From positions 533-64,532 of the IMG/VR virus record IMGVR_UViG_3300025543_000001: a stretch of DNA of 64,000 bases; one strand, written 5' to 3'. The notes beneath the pieces were generated by a model. It was not told the DNA's origin. It did not search any database and saw nothing but the letters and a program-made list of their open reading frames with translations. The number at the start of each line of letters is the position of its first letter. The first letter of the stretch is position 1. The translations under genes were made by a program, and so were the position numbers. Below are positions 10,230 through 20,315 of the stretch, piece after piece. Origin of the DNA: a virus. Taxonomy: Duplodnaviria; Caudoviricetes.

Positions 10230-10792
10230 TGAGGTCACCAGACGCGTTTATAGTAAAACCAAAAGACAATACCAGATACGATAATAAACGCAAGGCAAAA
10301 GACCTTGAGTTTATTGTTAGCTCATCGCAAGAAGACCACAGGTTTTCTAATCGATACGGTATCGTTCAATCTACCCCACTTTCTTACTCAGGACCTATCG
10401 AGCCAGGGGATACCCTTCTAGTTCATCATAACGTATTTAAGTATTATTACGATATGTATGGGGTTCAAAAAAGCGGACGTAGCTACTTTCAAGACGACCT
10501 TTTCTTTGTAACCGACGACCAGTTTTTTTTGTACAAGAAAGACGACAGGTGGCAGGCTCACGGTAAGTATTGTTTTGTAGAGCCTGTAGAAGAAAAGGAG
10601 TCTTGGATAGGAAAGTTTTCTAAGGAAGAACCTCTTATCGGTCGCCTTAAATATGGCAACGAACAACTTCTTTCTCTTGGTGTAAATGAAGGCGACGAGG
10701 TGTCATTCCTTCCTGATAGCGAGTACGAGTTTACGGTGGACGGCGAAAAGCTATACCGTATGTTTACTGATAACATAACCCTAGTACTATGA
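10229..10792 (+). CDS. Divergent tandem GroES/Cpn10-like protein
   Basis: Two Cpn10-like halves: FIVKP...IEPGDTLLV and CFVEPV...GVNEGDEVSF...EFTVDGEKLYRM. Confidence 0.6.
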   Translation: MRSPDAFIVKPKDNTRYDNKRKAKDLEFIVSSSQEDHRFSNRYGIVQSTPLSYSGPIEPGDTLLVHHNVFKYYYDMYGVQKSGRSYFQDDLFFVTDDQFFLYKKDDRWQAHGKYCFVEPVEEKESWIGKFSKEEPLIGRLKYGNEQLLSLGVNEGDEVSFLPDSEYEFTVDGEKLYRMFTDNITLVL

Positions 10793-11073
10793 ACGCGAAA
10801 GAGCTAAAAGAAAAGATTATAGCTGCGGGCCATAGAGCGGTAGAACAGCTTATCAAGGTGGCTAAAGAAGACATCATCAAGCCAGACCTAGAAGATGAGC
10901 TGGCTGCCGACAGGCTAAAAAACGCGGCTGCCACTAAAAAACTTGCTATATTCGATGCGCTGGAAATACTTAACCGCATTGAACAGGAGCGAGAAAATTT
11001 AGAGGCAATGGCTAAGCGCGGCGACTCCTCTACGAATACAAAGCAAGGGTTTGCAGAACGAAGGTCAAAATAA
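10789..11073 (+). CDS. Helical protein upstream of TerL, possible terminase small subunit
   Basis: 94 aa, position directly before the large terminase. Confidence 0.5.
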   Translation: MNAKELKEKIIAAGHRAVEQLIKVAKEDIIKPDLEDELAADRLKNAAATKKLAIFDALEILNRIEQERENLEAMAKRGDSSTNTKQGFAERRSK

Positions 11074-13297
11074 ACTGCTTATTCAGCTCGAAGGTGTAGT
11101 GCCTAAAAATGTTCTTGCCAGAAAAAACCGCGCAAAAAACTGGGAGTACGGATATAACGAAGACTATGACTTTGTAGTCATTTCAAAAGACGGAACGGTA
11201 GGTGAAGTAGTCGAGATACAGGGTGTGCGCATCGCCCTGCCTATGGTGGTTTCAGACCCGATACAGCGCAGTAAATCTAAGAAAGAGCAGTACTGGCAAC
11301 CGCTAGAATACCCCAAGGAGCTTACACGTATCAAGACTATATTTCAGTGGAATGAGATGCCCGCTGATTTTAAAGATAGGTGGGTAGACTTTGTGGAGCG
11401 CGAGTTCGATAGGCGCGAAAATGGCGCGTGGTTTATGAATGACGGAGTGCCGACGTACATAACGGGCTCCCACTACACGTACCTCCAGTGGACCAAGATT
11501 GACGTGGGTCTTCCTGACTTCCGAGAAGCCAACCGTATATTCTATATTTTCTGGGAAGCGTGTAAAGCTGACGTGAGGTGTTTCGGTATGTGTTACTTGA
11601 AGATACGTCGTTCAGGGTTTTCGTTTATGGGGTCGTCAGAGTGTGTAAACATAGGTACGCTAGCTAAAGATGCTCGCGTGGGTATACTTTCTAAAACGGG
11701 TGCTGACGCTAAGAAGATGTTTACAGACAAGGTGGTTCCTATATCGGCTAACTACCCGTTCTTTTTTAAACCCATACAGGACGGTATGGACAAGCCGAAA
11801 ACAGAGCTTGCCTACCGAGTTCCCGCGTCTAAGATTACCAAGCGTAATATGTACCTCGATGAGGATAACGAGCTAGACGGCCTTGACACCACTATTGACT
11901 GGAAGAATACGGCTGACAACAGCTATGACGGAGAGAAGCTCTTGCTTTTAGTTCACGACGAGAGCGGTAAGTGGGAAAAGCCAGAGAATATCCTCAATAA
12001 CTGGCGCGTCACAAAAACTTGCCTACGTCTAGGTAGCCGAATTATAGGGAAGTGTATGATGGGCTCTACCTCCAACGCTTTAAGCAAGGGCGGTGGCAAC
12101 TACAAGACCCTATACACCCAATCTGATGTAAGCAACCGCAACGCTAACGGCCAGACGAAGAGCGGTATGTACAGCCTTTTTATTCCTATGGAATGGAATT
12201 TTGAAGGCTATATCGATAGGTATGGTATGCCTGTATTTAGGAAGCCGCTTCACGACGTCAAGGGTATTGATGGCAACCCTATTAAGATGGGTGCTATCGA
12301 GTACTGGGAGAACGAGGTGGCTTCACTCAAGAATGACCCCGACGCCCTCAATGAGTTCTATCGTCAGTTTCCGCGTACTGAGTCTCACGCTTTTCGTGAC
12401 GAGAGTAAGCAGTCTATATTCAATCTAACCAAGATATACCAGCAGATTGACTATAACGACGAGATGATAAAGGAGCACTATTTAACTCGAGGTTCTTTTC
12501 ACTGGAAAAACGGTGAGAAAGATAGCCAAGTTATATGGACGCCAGAGCGTAACGGTCGGTTTTTACTCGGGTGGACACCGCCATCACGTATGCAAAACCA
12601 CGTCGTTATTCGTAACGGGATGAAGTACCCTGGCAATGAGCATATCGGCTCGCTGGGGTGTGACCCGTACGATATCTCGGGTGTCGTAGGGGGGAGGGGC
12701 TCAAACGGCTCTTTGCACGGGATGACTAAGTTTAATATGGACGACGCTCCTAGTAACGAGTTTTTTTTAGAATATGTAGCTCGTCCGCAGACGGCTGAGA
12801 TATTTTTTGAAGAGGTGCTGATGGCTTGCGTTTTTTATGGTATGCCTATCCTTACGGAGAATAACAAACCAAGGTTACTTTACCATTTCAAGAACAGGGG
12901 ATACCGTAAGTTTTCAATGAATCGTCCCGACAAGAAGTTTAATAAACTATCGAAAACTGAGAAGGAGTTGGGTGGTATACCAAATACGTCGGAAGACGTT
13001 AAGCAATCTCACGCATCTGCTATCGAGACATATATCGAGAAACACGTCGGTATTGATATGGAAGGGACGTACCGAGAACAGGGCGATATAGGTACTATGC
13101 CATTTACTAGGACGCTCGAAGATTGGGCTAAGTTTGATATCAACAACAGGACTCGATTTGACGCCACGATAAGCTCGGGATTGGCTATTATGGCTAATCA
13201 AAAACACATCTATCAGCCTGTTGAAAAGCAATCGAAATTATCCGTTACCTTTGCTAGATACAACAATCGTGGAAATATAAGCGAACTAGTTAAATAA
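11051..13297 (+). CDS. terL: Terminase large subunit
   Basis: Walker A-like KIRRSGFS, Walker B LLVHDESGKW, GST coupling motif, nuclease GCDPYD; precedes portal. Confidence 0.88.
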   Translation: MQNEGQNKLLIQLEGVVPKNVLARKNRAKNWEYGYNEDYDFVVISKDGTVGEVVEIQGVRIALPMVVSDPIQRSKSKKEQYWQPLEYPKELTRIKTIFQWNEMPADFKDRWVDFVEREFDRRENGAWFMNDGVPTYITGSHYTYLQWTKIDVGLPDFREANRIFYIFWEACKADVRCFGMCYLKIRRSGFSFMGSSECVNIGTLAKDARVGILSKTGADAKKMFTDKVVPISANYPFFFKPIQDGMDKPKTELAYRVPASKITKRNMYLDEDNELDGLDTTIDWKNTADNSYDGEKLLLLVHDESGKWEKPENILNNWRVTKTCLRLGSRIIGKCMMGSTSNALSKGGGNYKTLYTQSDVSNRNANGQTKSGMYSLFIPMEWNFEGYIDRYGMPVFRKPLHDVKGIDGNPIKMGAIEYWENEVASLKNDPDALNEFYRQFPRTESHAFRDESKQSIFNLTKIYQQIDYNDEMIKEHYLTRGSFHWKNGEKDSQVIWTPERNGRFLLGWTPPSRMQNHVVIRNGMKYPGNEHIGSLGCDPYDISGVVGGRGSNGSLHGMTKFNMDDAPSNEFFLEYVARPQTAEIFFEEVLMACVFYGMPILTENNKPRLLYHFKNRGYRKFSMNRPDKKFNKLSKTEKELGGIPNTSEDVKQSHASAIETYIEKHVGIDMEGTYREQGDIGTMPFTRTLEDWAKFDINNRTRFDATISSGLAIMANQKHIYQPVEKQSKLSVTFARYNNRGNISELVK

Positions 13298-15732
13298 TGA
13301 GAGATGTTCAGGTTAACATAGCATCTGCCTCGTTCCCTACCCAATTTGTGTCTGACGCTGAAAAAGCGACTTATGAGTATGGATTGCAGATTGGACAAGC
13401 CATTCAATATGAGTGGTTTAAAAGGGATGGAAACGGTTGTCGTTTTTACAGTCAGTGGAGGGATTTTAATCGACTCCGACTGTATGCTCGCGGAGAGCAA
13501 TCTATTGCTAAATATAAAAGCGAACTCTCGGTCGATGGCGACCTTTCTTATTTAAACTTAGACTGGACTCCAATCCCCATCATTCCTAAGTTTGTAGATA
13601 TCGTAGTCAACGGTATGTCAGACCGCTTGTTTGATGTAAAAGCTTACGCTCAAGACGCTATGTCGTCGGCTAAACGCAGTAAGTATCAGGATATGATAGA
13701 GGCTCAGATGGTTTCTAAAGACCTTTTGATGCAGGTGCAAGAAGGGTTTGGGGTTGACCCATTTACCGTATCTCCTGACGAGCTCCCTAATAGCGATGAA
13801 GAGCTTTCGTTGTATATGCAACTTAACTACAAACCTGCTATCGAAATAGCAGAGGAAGAAGCTATTAACACACTTTTAGAGCAGAATAAGTATAACGATA
13901 CCCGCCAGCGCGTAGACTACGACCTTACGGTACTAGGTGTCGGTATGGTTAAGCACGAGTTCCTCAAGGGCGACGGAGTACAGGTAAAGTATGTAGACCC
14001 CGCAAACGTGGTATATAGTTATACTGAAGACCCGTTTTTTCAGGATAATTTTTACTGGGGAGAAATTAAGACAGTTCCTATCACTGAGCTTATCAAGATA
14101 GACCCTACGCTTACTACGGATGACCTCAAGGAAATTTCAAAGTATTCCCAGAGCTGGTACGATTATTATAACGTACAGCAATTCTACGATAACGATATCT
14201 TCTATCAAGATACCACTACCCTTATGTACTTCAACTACAAGACAACGCAGAAGTTTGTCTATAAGAAGAAGGTGATGGATGGCGGAGGAGCCAAGGTGGT
14301 TGAGAAAGACGATACCTTTAACCCGCCAGAAGAGATGATGCAGGAGGGTCGATTCGAAAAAATCGAAAAGACTATCGATGTATGGTATGAGGGTGTTATG
14401 GTAATGGGGACCAATATTATTCTTAAGTGGGAGATGGCGGAAAATATGGTCCGTCCTAAATCTGCATCTCAGTATGCCGTACCTAACTACTTGGCCTGTG
14501 CGCCACGTATGTACAAAGGCAATATCGAATCATTGGTTCGACGTATGATTCCTCTGGCTGACCAGATACAGATTACCCACCTCAAATTACAGCAGGTAAT
14601 GTCTCGCATCGTCCCTGACGGTGTGTTTATTGATGCTGACGGACTTAACGAAGTCGACCTAGGTACAGGCAACGCATACAATCCCGAGGACGCTTTACGG
14701 CTTTACTTCCAGACAGGTAGCGTAGTCGGGCGTAGCTATACACAGGATGGCGAGTTTAATAACGCACGAGTCCCTATCCAACAGCTCACCAGTAACTCAG
14801 GGCAGTCTAAAATTAGCGCTTTGATTGGGAACTACAATCACTATCTCAATATGATACGTGATATCACTGGTCTCAATGAAGCGCGTGACGGCTCTATGCC
14901 TGACCCTAATTCGCTCGTAGGGGTACAAAAGCTAGCGGCACTAAACTCTAACGTAGCTACTCGACATATCTTAGATGGTAGTTTATTTATCTTGAAGTCG
15001 TTGGCTGAAGCTTTGTCGTGCAGGGTAGCCGACATCCTGGAGTATGCGGATTTCAAGGAAGAGTTTGCTAATCAAATCGGCAAGTACAATATATCTATAC
15101 TTAACGATATCAAAGATTTGTATATCTACGATTTCGGTGTCTTTATTGAGATTGCCCCCGACGAAGAGCAGCGGGCTATGCTTGAGCAAAATATCCAAAT
15201 GGCTTTATCTAAGAACGACATCAACTTAGAGGACGCTATCGATATCAGAGAAATTAAAAACATTAAGTTGGCAAACCAACTCCTCAAGCTCAAGCGTAAG
15301 AAGAAGCAAGAGCGCGAGGAAGCTATGCAACTTCAACAGCAGCAGATGCAGGCTCAGCAGCAGTTCGAGTCGCAGAAGTTAGCTACGGAGGCTCAGATGA
15401 TGAAGATACAGGCTGAAGGTCAGCAGAAAGTGCAGATTAAGCAGGCCGAGGTGGCTTTTGATATTGAGCGTATGCAGATGGAAGCCCAGCTTAAAAACCA
15501 GTTGATGCAGCAGGAGTTTAATTACAATATGCAGCTCAAGGGTGTAACTGAGGAACTTATTGCTGGACGAGAGGATATGCGTGAAGACGCTAAAGCAAAG
15601 CGTATTAGCCAGCAGAATACAGAGCAGTCGAAACTAATTAATCAGCGTAAGAATAACTTACCGCCTATCAATTTTGAATCAAATGAGGATAGCCTTGATG
15701 GCTTTGACCTTGCTGAATTTGAGCCACGATGA
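13297..15732 (+). CDS. Portal protein
   Basis: 811 aa between TerL and scaffold; IIPKFVDIVVNG, ITGLNEARDG motifs; Q-rich coiled-coil C-terminus. Confidence 0.85.
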   Translation: MRDVQVNIASASFPTQFVSDAEKATYEYGLQIGQAIQYEWFKRDGNGCRFYSQWRDFNRLRLYARGEQSIAKYKSELSVDGDLSYLNLDWTPIPIIPKFVDIVVNGMSDRLFDVKAYAQDAMSSAKRSKYQDMIEAQMVSKDLLMQVQEGFGVDPFTVSPDELPNSDEELSLYMQLNYKPAIEIAEEEAINTLLEQNKYNDTRQRVDYDLTVLGVGMVKHEFLKGDGVQVKYVDPANVVYSYTEDPFFQDNFYWGEIKTVPITELIKIDPTLTTDDLKEISKYSQSWYDYYNVQQFYDNDIFYQDTTTLMYFNYKTTQKFVYKKKVMDGGGAKVVEKDDTFNPPEEMMQEGRFEKIEKTIDVWYEGVMVMGTNIILKWEMAENMVRPKSASQYAVPNYLACAPRMYKGNIESLVRRMIPLADQIQITHLKLQQVMSRIVPDGVFIDADGLNEVDLGTGNAYNPEDALRLYFQTGSVVGRSYTQDGEFNNARVPIQQLTSNSGQSKISALIGNYNHYLNMIRDITGLNEARDGSMPDPNSLVGVQKLAALNSNVATRHILDGSLFILKSLAEALSCRVADILEYADFKEEFANQIGKYNISILNDIKDLYIYDFGVFIEIAPDEEQRAMLEQNIQMALSKNDINLEDAIDIREIKNIKLANQLLKLKRKKKQEREEAMQLQQQQMQAQQQFESQKLATEAQMMKIQAEGQQKVQIKQAEVAFDIERMQMEAQLKNQLMQQEFNYNMQLKGVTEELIAGREDMREDAKAKRISQQNTEQSKLINQRKNNLPPINFESNEDSLDGFDLAEFEPR

Positions 15733-15772
15733 GGTCGGTAAAAAATAATTATCTTCGCACAAATTAAATACA

Positions 15773-16861
15773 ATGGAAATTAAAGTACGAGACCTAGGCG
15801 CGGTAGAAGAGAAGTCTGTTGCAGAAGTGGAGCAGGAGCTTCTTGAAAAACACGAGGCCGAAATAAATGGTGAAACACCTGAAGAGCCAGTAACTGAAAC
15901 TGTGTCGGAACCGACACAAGATGAGCCCACTGGTTTAGATGAGGAACAAGTTCTTTCATTTCTAAAGGAACGATACGGAAAAGAGATTAACACCGTAGGG
16001 GAATTGTTTGAAGAGCGCGAGTCCGCGCCCGAACTTCCTGAAGATGTAGACGCTTATTTCCGTTTCAAAAAAGAGACGGGTCGTGGACTCAAAGACTTTG
16101 TTGAACTCAACAAGGACTATGACGAAATGAATCCTGACGCACTCTTAGCGGACTACTATCTCGCTACAGAGGACGGCTTAGATGCCGACGATGTAAAGAG
16201 TATGGTAGATGATTTCAGTTACGATGAAGACCTCGATGAAGAGGCTGTCATCCGTAAGCGAAAAGTCGCTAAGAAGAAAGAGGTTAATAAGGCTAAGAAA
16301 TACTTCTCAGACCTTCAAGAGCAGTATAAGGTACCCCTTGAGTCAAGTGGGAATCCTTTGTCTGGAGAAGAAAAAGAAAATTTTGAAGCCTATCAACAAT
16401 ACGTGAAGGAGTCTAGTAGTGTCCAACAAGAGAACGCTCGTCGTAACGAGTGGTTTCGGGATAAGACTGACGAAGTTTTTTCTGATGGATTCAAAGGTTT
16501 TGAATTTAAAGTCGGAGATAAGGACGTCACTTTTAACCCAGGGAATGCTAGCGAGCTGAAAAAAAACCAGATTGACATTATGAACTTTATAAATAAGTTT
16601 ATGGGTGACGACGGTTTGATTCAGGACGCAGCAGGATACCATAAGGCTTTGAGCGTTGCAATGAATCCTTCTAAGTTCGCCCAGTTCTTTTATGAGCAGG
16701 GCAAAGCTGACGGAGTCGAAAACATCAGTCGTAAATCCAAGAATATAAATATGGATTCGCGAAAGGTGCCTGAGACATCGAGGAAGGACGGAATGCAAAT
16801 TCGGAGTGTAAATTCCGATTCGGGACGCGGACTAAAAATTAGGAGCGCCCGTAGAGTATAA
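15773..16861 (+). CDS. Putative capsid scaffolding protein
   Basis: Acidic helical 362 aa protein between portal and capsid. Confidence 0.65.
   Translation: MEIKVRDLGAVEEKSVAEVEQELLEKHEAEINGETPEEPVTETVSEPTQDEPTGLDEEQVLSFLKERYGKEINTVGELFEERESAPELPEDVDAYFRFKKETGRGLKDFVELNKDYDEMNPDALLADYYLATEDGLDADDVKSMVDDFSYDEDLDEEAVIRKRKVAKKKEVNKAKKYFSDLQEQYKVPLESSGNPLSGEEKENFEAYQQYVKESSSVQQENARRNEWFRDKTDEVFSDGFKGFEFKVGDKDVTFNPGNASELKKNQIDIMNFINKFMGDDGLIQDAAGYHKALSVAMNPSKFAQFFYEQGKADGVENISRKSKNINMDSRKVPETSRKDGMQIRSVNSDSGRGLKIRSARRV
15902..15917. repeat. GTGTCG-N4-CGACAC palindrome inside scaffold gene (codes within ETVSEPTQ)
   Basis: gtgtcggaaccgacac. Confidence 0.9.
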
Positions 16862-16879
16862 TTTTTAAAAACAAAAAAA

Positions 16880-18328
16880 ATGGCTGTACAAACAACCCCT
16901 GGGTTTGATTTAACCCCAGCTCCAGTAAAACAAGCTCTGGAGTCAAATTATATCACTAACTTTAATTTCTTGAACCAGTATCTTCCTGATACGTACGAGA
17001 AAGAATTCGAGCGTTATGGAAACCGTACTATCGCTGGTTTCTTGCGTATGGTAGGGGCGGAGATGCCTTCTAACTCTGACCTCATCAAGTGGGCTGAGCA
17101 AGGGCGTTTGCACATTAAGTATGACGCTTGTGTTACATCAACTGCTGACGCAGCAGATACGGCAACGTGGACTATTACTCTTCCTGCTACCGTTGCTAAT
17201 AGCGCTTTGCGCAAGGGTCAAACTATTATGATTTCTTCTGCAGCAGGAGCTGCTACGCTTAATAACAAAGCTGTTATTACTGACGTTAGCACCGTTTCTG
17301 GTGGGGCAGGTGGAACTTTTACTATTGACGTAGCTTACTATGAGGCTGGCGGTCAGGCTGCTGGTATGCAAGCGTCAACTGCTTGTAGCATCTTCGTTTA
17401 TGGTTCTGAGTTTGCCAAAGGCACAGCTGGTATGGAAGGTTCTTTGGAAGCGCAAGACAACTTCTTTGAGAATAAGCCAATTATCTTGAAGGATAAGTAC
17501 GCTGTCAACGGTTCTGATATGGCTCAAATCGGTTGGGTTGAAGTAACTTCTGAAAACGGAGCTACTGGCTACCTATGGTATTTGAAGTCTGAGCACGAGA
17601 CACGTCTTCGTTTCGACGATTACTTGGAGACTGCTATGATTGAAGCCGTTCCTGCTGAAGTAGGTTCAGGAGCTTTGGCTGCTTTGAGTAGTAACGCTGA
17701 TGCAGGTGTTGCAGGCAATACTGCTGCCGGTTCTGAAGGTGTATTCTATGTAGTGAACGCACGAGGAAATGTATTCCAAGGTATCCCAACTACATTGGCT
17801 GAGTTTGACACTATCATCCAGCGATTGGATAAGCAGGGTTCTATCGAAGAGAATGTAATCTTCGTTAACCGTGACTTCTCATTCGCTATCGACGATATGT
17901 TGGCTGCTCAGAACTCTTATGGAACTGGTGGTACTTCGTACGGCCTCTTCGACAATGACGAAGAGATGGCGTTGAACCTCGGTTTCCGTGGCTTCCGACG
18001 TGGTTATGACTTCTATAAGTCTGACTGGAAGTACTTGAACGACCCAACTATGCGCGGTGGTTTGAATGGCGGTAAGGTAGACGGATTGTTGGTGCCAGCT
18101 GGCTCAACAACTGTATACGACCAGATTATGGGTAAGAACGCTAAGCGACCTTTCCTCCACGTTCGGTACCGAGCTTCAGAAACTGAAGACCGTCGTTACA
18201 AGACTTGGATTACTGGTTCTGCTGGTGGAGCACGTACTAGCGACCTCGACGCTATGGAAGTCAACTTCCTGTCTGAGCGAGCTGTATGTACACTCGGCGC
18301 GAACAACTTCTTCTTGTTCCGTGACTAA
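16880..18328 (+). CDS. Major capsid protein
   Basis: 482 aa after scaffold, followed by a strong terminator; IKWAEQGRLH, YGSEFAKG, GYDFYKSDWKYLND motifs. Confidence 0.85.
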   Translation: MAVQTTPGFDLTPAPVKQALESNYITNFNFLNQYLPDTYEKEFERYGNRTIAGFLRMVGAEMPSNSDLIKWAEQGRLHIKYDACVTSTADAADTATWTITLPATVANSALRKGQTIMISSAAGAATLNNKAVITDVSTVSGGAGGTFTIDVAYYEAGGQAAGMQASTACSIFVYGSEFAKGTAGMEGSLEAQDNFFENKPIILKDKYAVNGSDMAQIGWVEVTSENGATGYLWYLKSEHETRLRFDDYLETAMIEAVPAEVGSGALAALSSNADAGVAGNTAAGSEGVFYVVNARGNVFQGIPTTLAEFDTIIQRLDKQGSIEENVIFVNRDFSFAIDDMLAAQNSYGTGGTSYGLFDNDEEMALNLGFRGFRRGYDFYKSDWKYLNDPTMRGGLNGGKVDGLLVPAGSTTVYDQIMGKNAKRPFLHVRYRASETEDRRYKTWITGSAGGARTSDLDAMEVNFLSERAVCTLGANNFFLFRD

Positions 18329-18334
18329 TCTCTG

Positions 18335-18370
18335 AAAGGGAGGGGGCAGCAAAACCCCCTCCCCTTTTTT
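18335..18370 (+). terminator. Rho-independent terminator after capsid gene
   Basis: GGGAGGGGG-cagcaaaa-CCCCCTCCC followed by a T run. Confidence 0.85.
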
Positions 18371-18394
18371 CTTATAAATTCTTAATTCAATAAA

Positions 18395-19135
18395 ATGAAA
18401 AAACAAGCTCAACTCGTAGACAAGGTCTACAAGCTTAACCGCGACGTGGCACCGTTAACTTTTGCGCTGTCTTCCCGCAACACCGCCCGTAAGCCTCTTA
18501 TGTATTTTGACGGACAAGTCAATCGCGCTTTACGGTATGCTCGCAATCAGAAAACTCCATTCGAGGACGAGCAAGACGGAAACTTTATTTTAGAACCAAT
18601 CGTCTTTGAAGACGGGTTCCTTTCGGTACCAAAAGAAAACCAGGTACTACAGCATTTTTTGAGTCTGCACCCTGACTCAGGCTCTACCTTTTCTGAAGTC
18701 AATAAAGAGAAGGACGCTCAGGAAGAGCTAGACCATATGGTTGTCGAGGCTGACGCCTTGGTAGCTGCGCGTAAGATGAGTGTGACGGAGATGGAGATGA
18801 TTGCTCGGGTTCTCCTAGAGATTGACCCTAGTAAACTCTCTTCTGCTGAGCTCAAGCGCGATATCTTAATCCTAGCTAAGCGATACCCTTCTGACTTCTT
18901 GGAAGCGCTAGAAGACCCCTCTTTGGACCTGTACGGAAAGGTGTCACTAATCCTTGAAAAAGGGCTTTTGGGTATGCGTAATAACGGACGCGATATCCAC
19001 TTCAACTTGAAGACCAATAAAAAGCGTATGATGACGGTTCCTTTTGGTGAAGACCCGAAGTCTGCTATCGCGGCTTACTTGCAGAGCGATGATGGTATCG
19101 AGGTCTTGAAGATGCTTGACAAGCAGCTAGAGTGA
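18395..19135 (+). CDS. Hypothetical protein of the head module
   Basis: 246 aa, A-rich leader, follows capsid gene. Confidence 0.75.
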   Translation: MKKQAQLVDKVYKLNRDVAPLTFALSSRNTARKPLMYFDGQVNRALRYARNQKTPFEDEQDGNFILEPIVFEDGFLSVPKENQVLQHFLSLHPDSGSTFSEVNKEKDAQEELDHMVVEADALVAARKMSVTEMEMIARVLLEIDPSKLSSAELKRDILILAKRYPSDFLEALEDPSLDLYGKVSLILEKGLLGMRNNGRDIHFNLKTNKKRMMTVPFGEDPKSAIAAYLQSDDGIEVLKMLDKQLE

Positions 19136-19149
19136 TTTTTTAAAAGACC

Positions 19150-19157
19150 TATCTTTG
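19150..19157 (+). promoter_or_regulatory. Bacteroidota-type -7 promoter element
   Basis: TATCTTTG in intergenic gap. Confidence 0.6.
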
Positions 19158-19187
19158 GTCTTTATTCATCCATAAACATTTTTTCAA

Positions 19188-19466
19188 ATGGAAAAGTATC
19201 TAAGTATCCCTGTAACAGATAAGGGAAATCAACTAGTCAGCTGTAATGGCATTTTGAGTATTTATAGCGGCGATGCAACAGCAGCTACTGTCGTTATTAC
19301 GTACAAATCAGGAACTACAGCAACTATCACGTCTGCGGACCAGGTTAATTATGATATGCGCAATCAGATTCAAAATGAAGTGGCCCTGGCTTTAGCCACT
19401 GGTTGGACCAACGTATCTCGTGAAGTATCTCCTGTTAAGGTGGTTTCTGGAATCGTAGTAGCTTAA
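19188..19466 (+). CDS. Putative small virion protein
   Basis: 92 aa; N- and C-termini resemble those of the next gene (MEKYL/MEKFL; GWTNVS/QWKDVS). Confidence 0.7.
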   Translation: MEKYLSIPVTDKGNQLVSCNGILSIYSGDATAATVVITYKSGTTATITSADQVNYDMRNQIQNEVALALATGWTNVSREVSPVKVVSGIVVA

Positions 19467-20230
19467 TGATTATGGAAAAGTTTTTAATCCTTCCAAATCT
19501 CCCCGTTGTTTCGGGGACAGCTAGCGGTCCAGTCCCGCTCTCGAACGGCACTGCAGATGGCACTGCAGATGGTTTTTTAGTTGATACAGCTGCAACATTT
19601 GTTACTGATGGAGTGGTTGCGGGCGATGTCGTCGTTAATATTACTTCAGGTGGTGTTACTACGGTTCTCACTACACCTACTGTGGATGGCGCTAATTTAG
19701 CTATTGCTAGTGCAGTTGTAGACTTCTTTGAGACAGGCGATAAGTATCGAATTATGCTTGCTGCTGACGCAAATAAACTTGTTGATACAGGAACTAGTTT
19801 TACAACTGATGTTTCGGTTGGCGATGTGGTGTTAAACGGAAATAAACAAGAGGCTACTGTAGTTACTGTTGACTCTGATACTCAGCTTACACTCAGCGCT
19901 CCTATTATTAGTACGGCTCCCGCAGTTCCTGATGCTGACGGCTACTATATTTATAGCGAAAGTGACAATGACGGAGATATTTTGTTGCCTATTACAGGTA
20001 TTGCAGATGTAGAGTACCTTGGCGTGGGGGCAGAAAGCATTACTTATATTGACCAGACTGGCGCTGGCGCTTTAAACTCTAAGACAATAGCCCATACAGA
20101 TGATGGTTCTCTTTATGATTTTCATAACGCTTTAACTAGCGCTATTGTAAACGCGTATGAGCGTCAATGGAAAGACGTATCTATCCCATTGGTTCTGCCT
20201 TCTGGAATGCGTATTTTAGCAGTTGTATAG
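19466..20230 (+). CDS. Putative virion decoration protein with two internal beta repeats
   Basis: LVDTAATFVTDGVVAGDVVVN and LVDTGTSFTTDVSVGDVVLN repeats. Confidence 0.7.
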   Translation: MIMEKFLILPNLPVVSGTASGPVPLSNGTADGTADGFLVDTAATFVTDGVVAGDVVVNITSGGVTTVLTTPTVDGANLAIASAVVDFFETGDKYRIMLAADANKLVDTGTSFTTDVSVGDVVLNGNKQEATVVTVDSDTQLTLSAPIISTAPAVPDADGYYIYSESDNDGDILLPITGIADVEYLGVGAESITYIDQTGAGALNSKTIAHTDDGSLYDFHNALTSAIVNAYERQWKDVSIPLVLPSGMRILAVV

Positions 20231-20258
20231 CGTAATTAAATTACGTTTGGTTTTTAGT

Positions 20259-20289
20259 AAAGGGGTCACAAATAGTGGCCCCTTTTTTT
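20259..20289 (+). terminator. Rho-independent terminator
   Basis: GGGGTCAC-aaata-GTGGCCCC followed by T7. Confidence 0.85.
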
Positions 20290-20293
20290 GATT

Positions 20294-20301
20294 TATCTTT
20301 G
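20294..20301 (+). promoter_or_regulatory. Bacteroidota-type -7 promoter element
   Basis: TATCTTTG right after the terminator, 14 nt before ATG 20316. Confidence 0.6.
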
Positions 20302-20315
20302 TCAAAAGCGTCCCT

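Noticed and set aside
19548-19573. 12-bp tandem duplication GGCACTGCAGAT
   Set aside because: Single in-frame duplication (GTAD x2) with no sign of function
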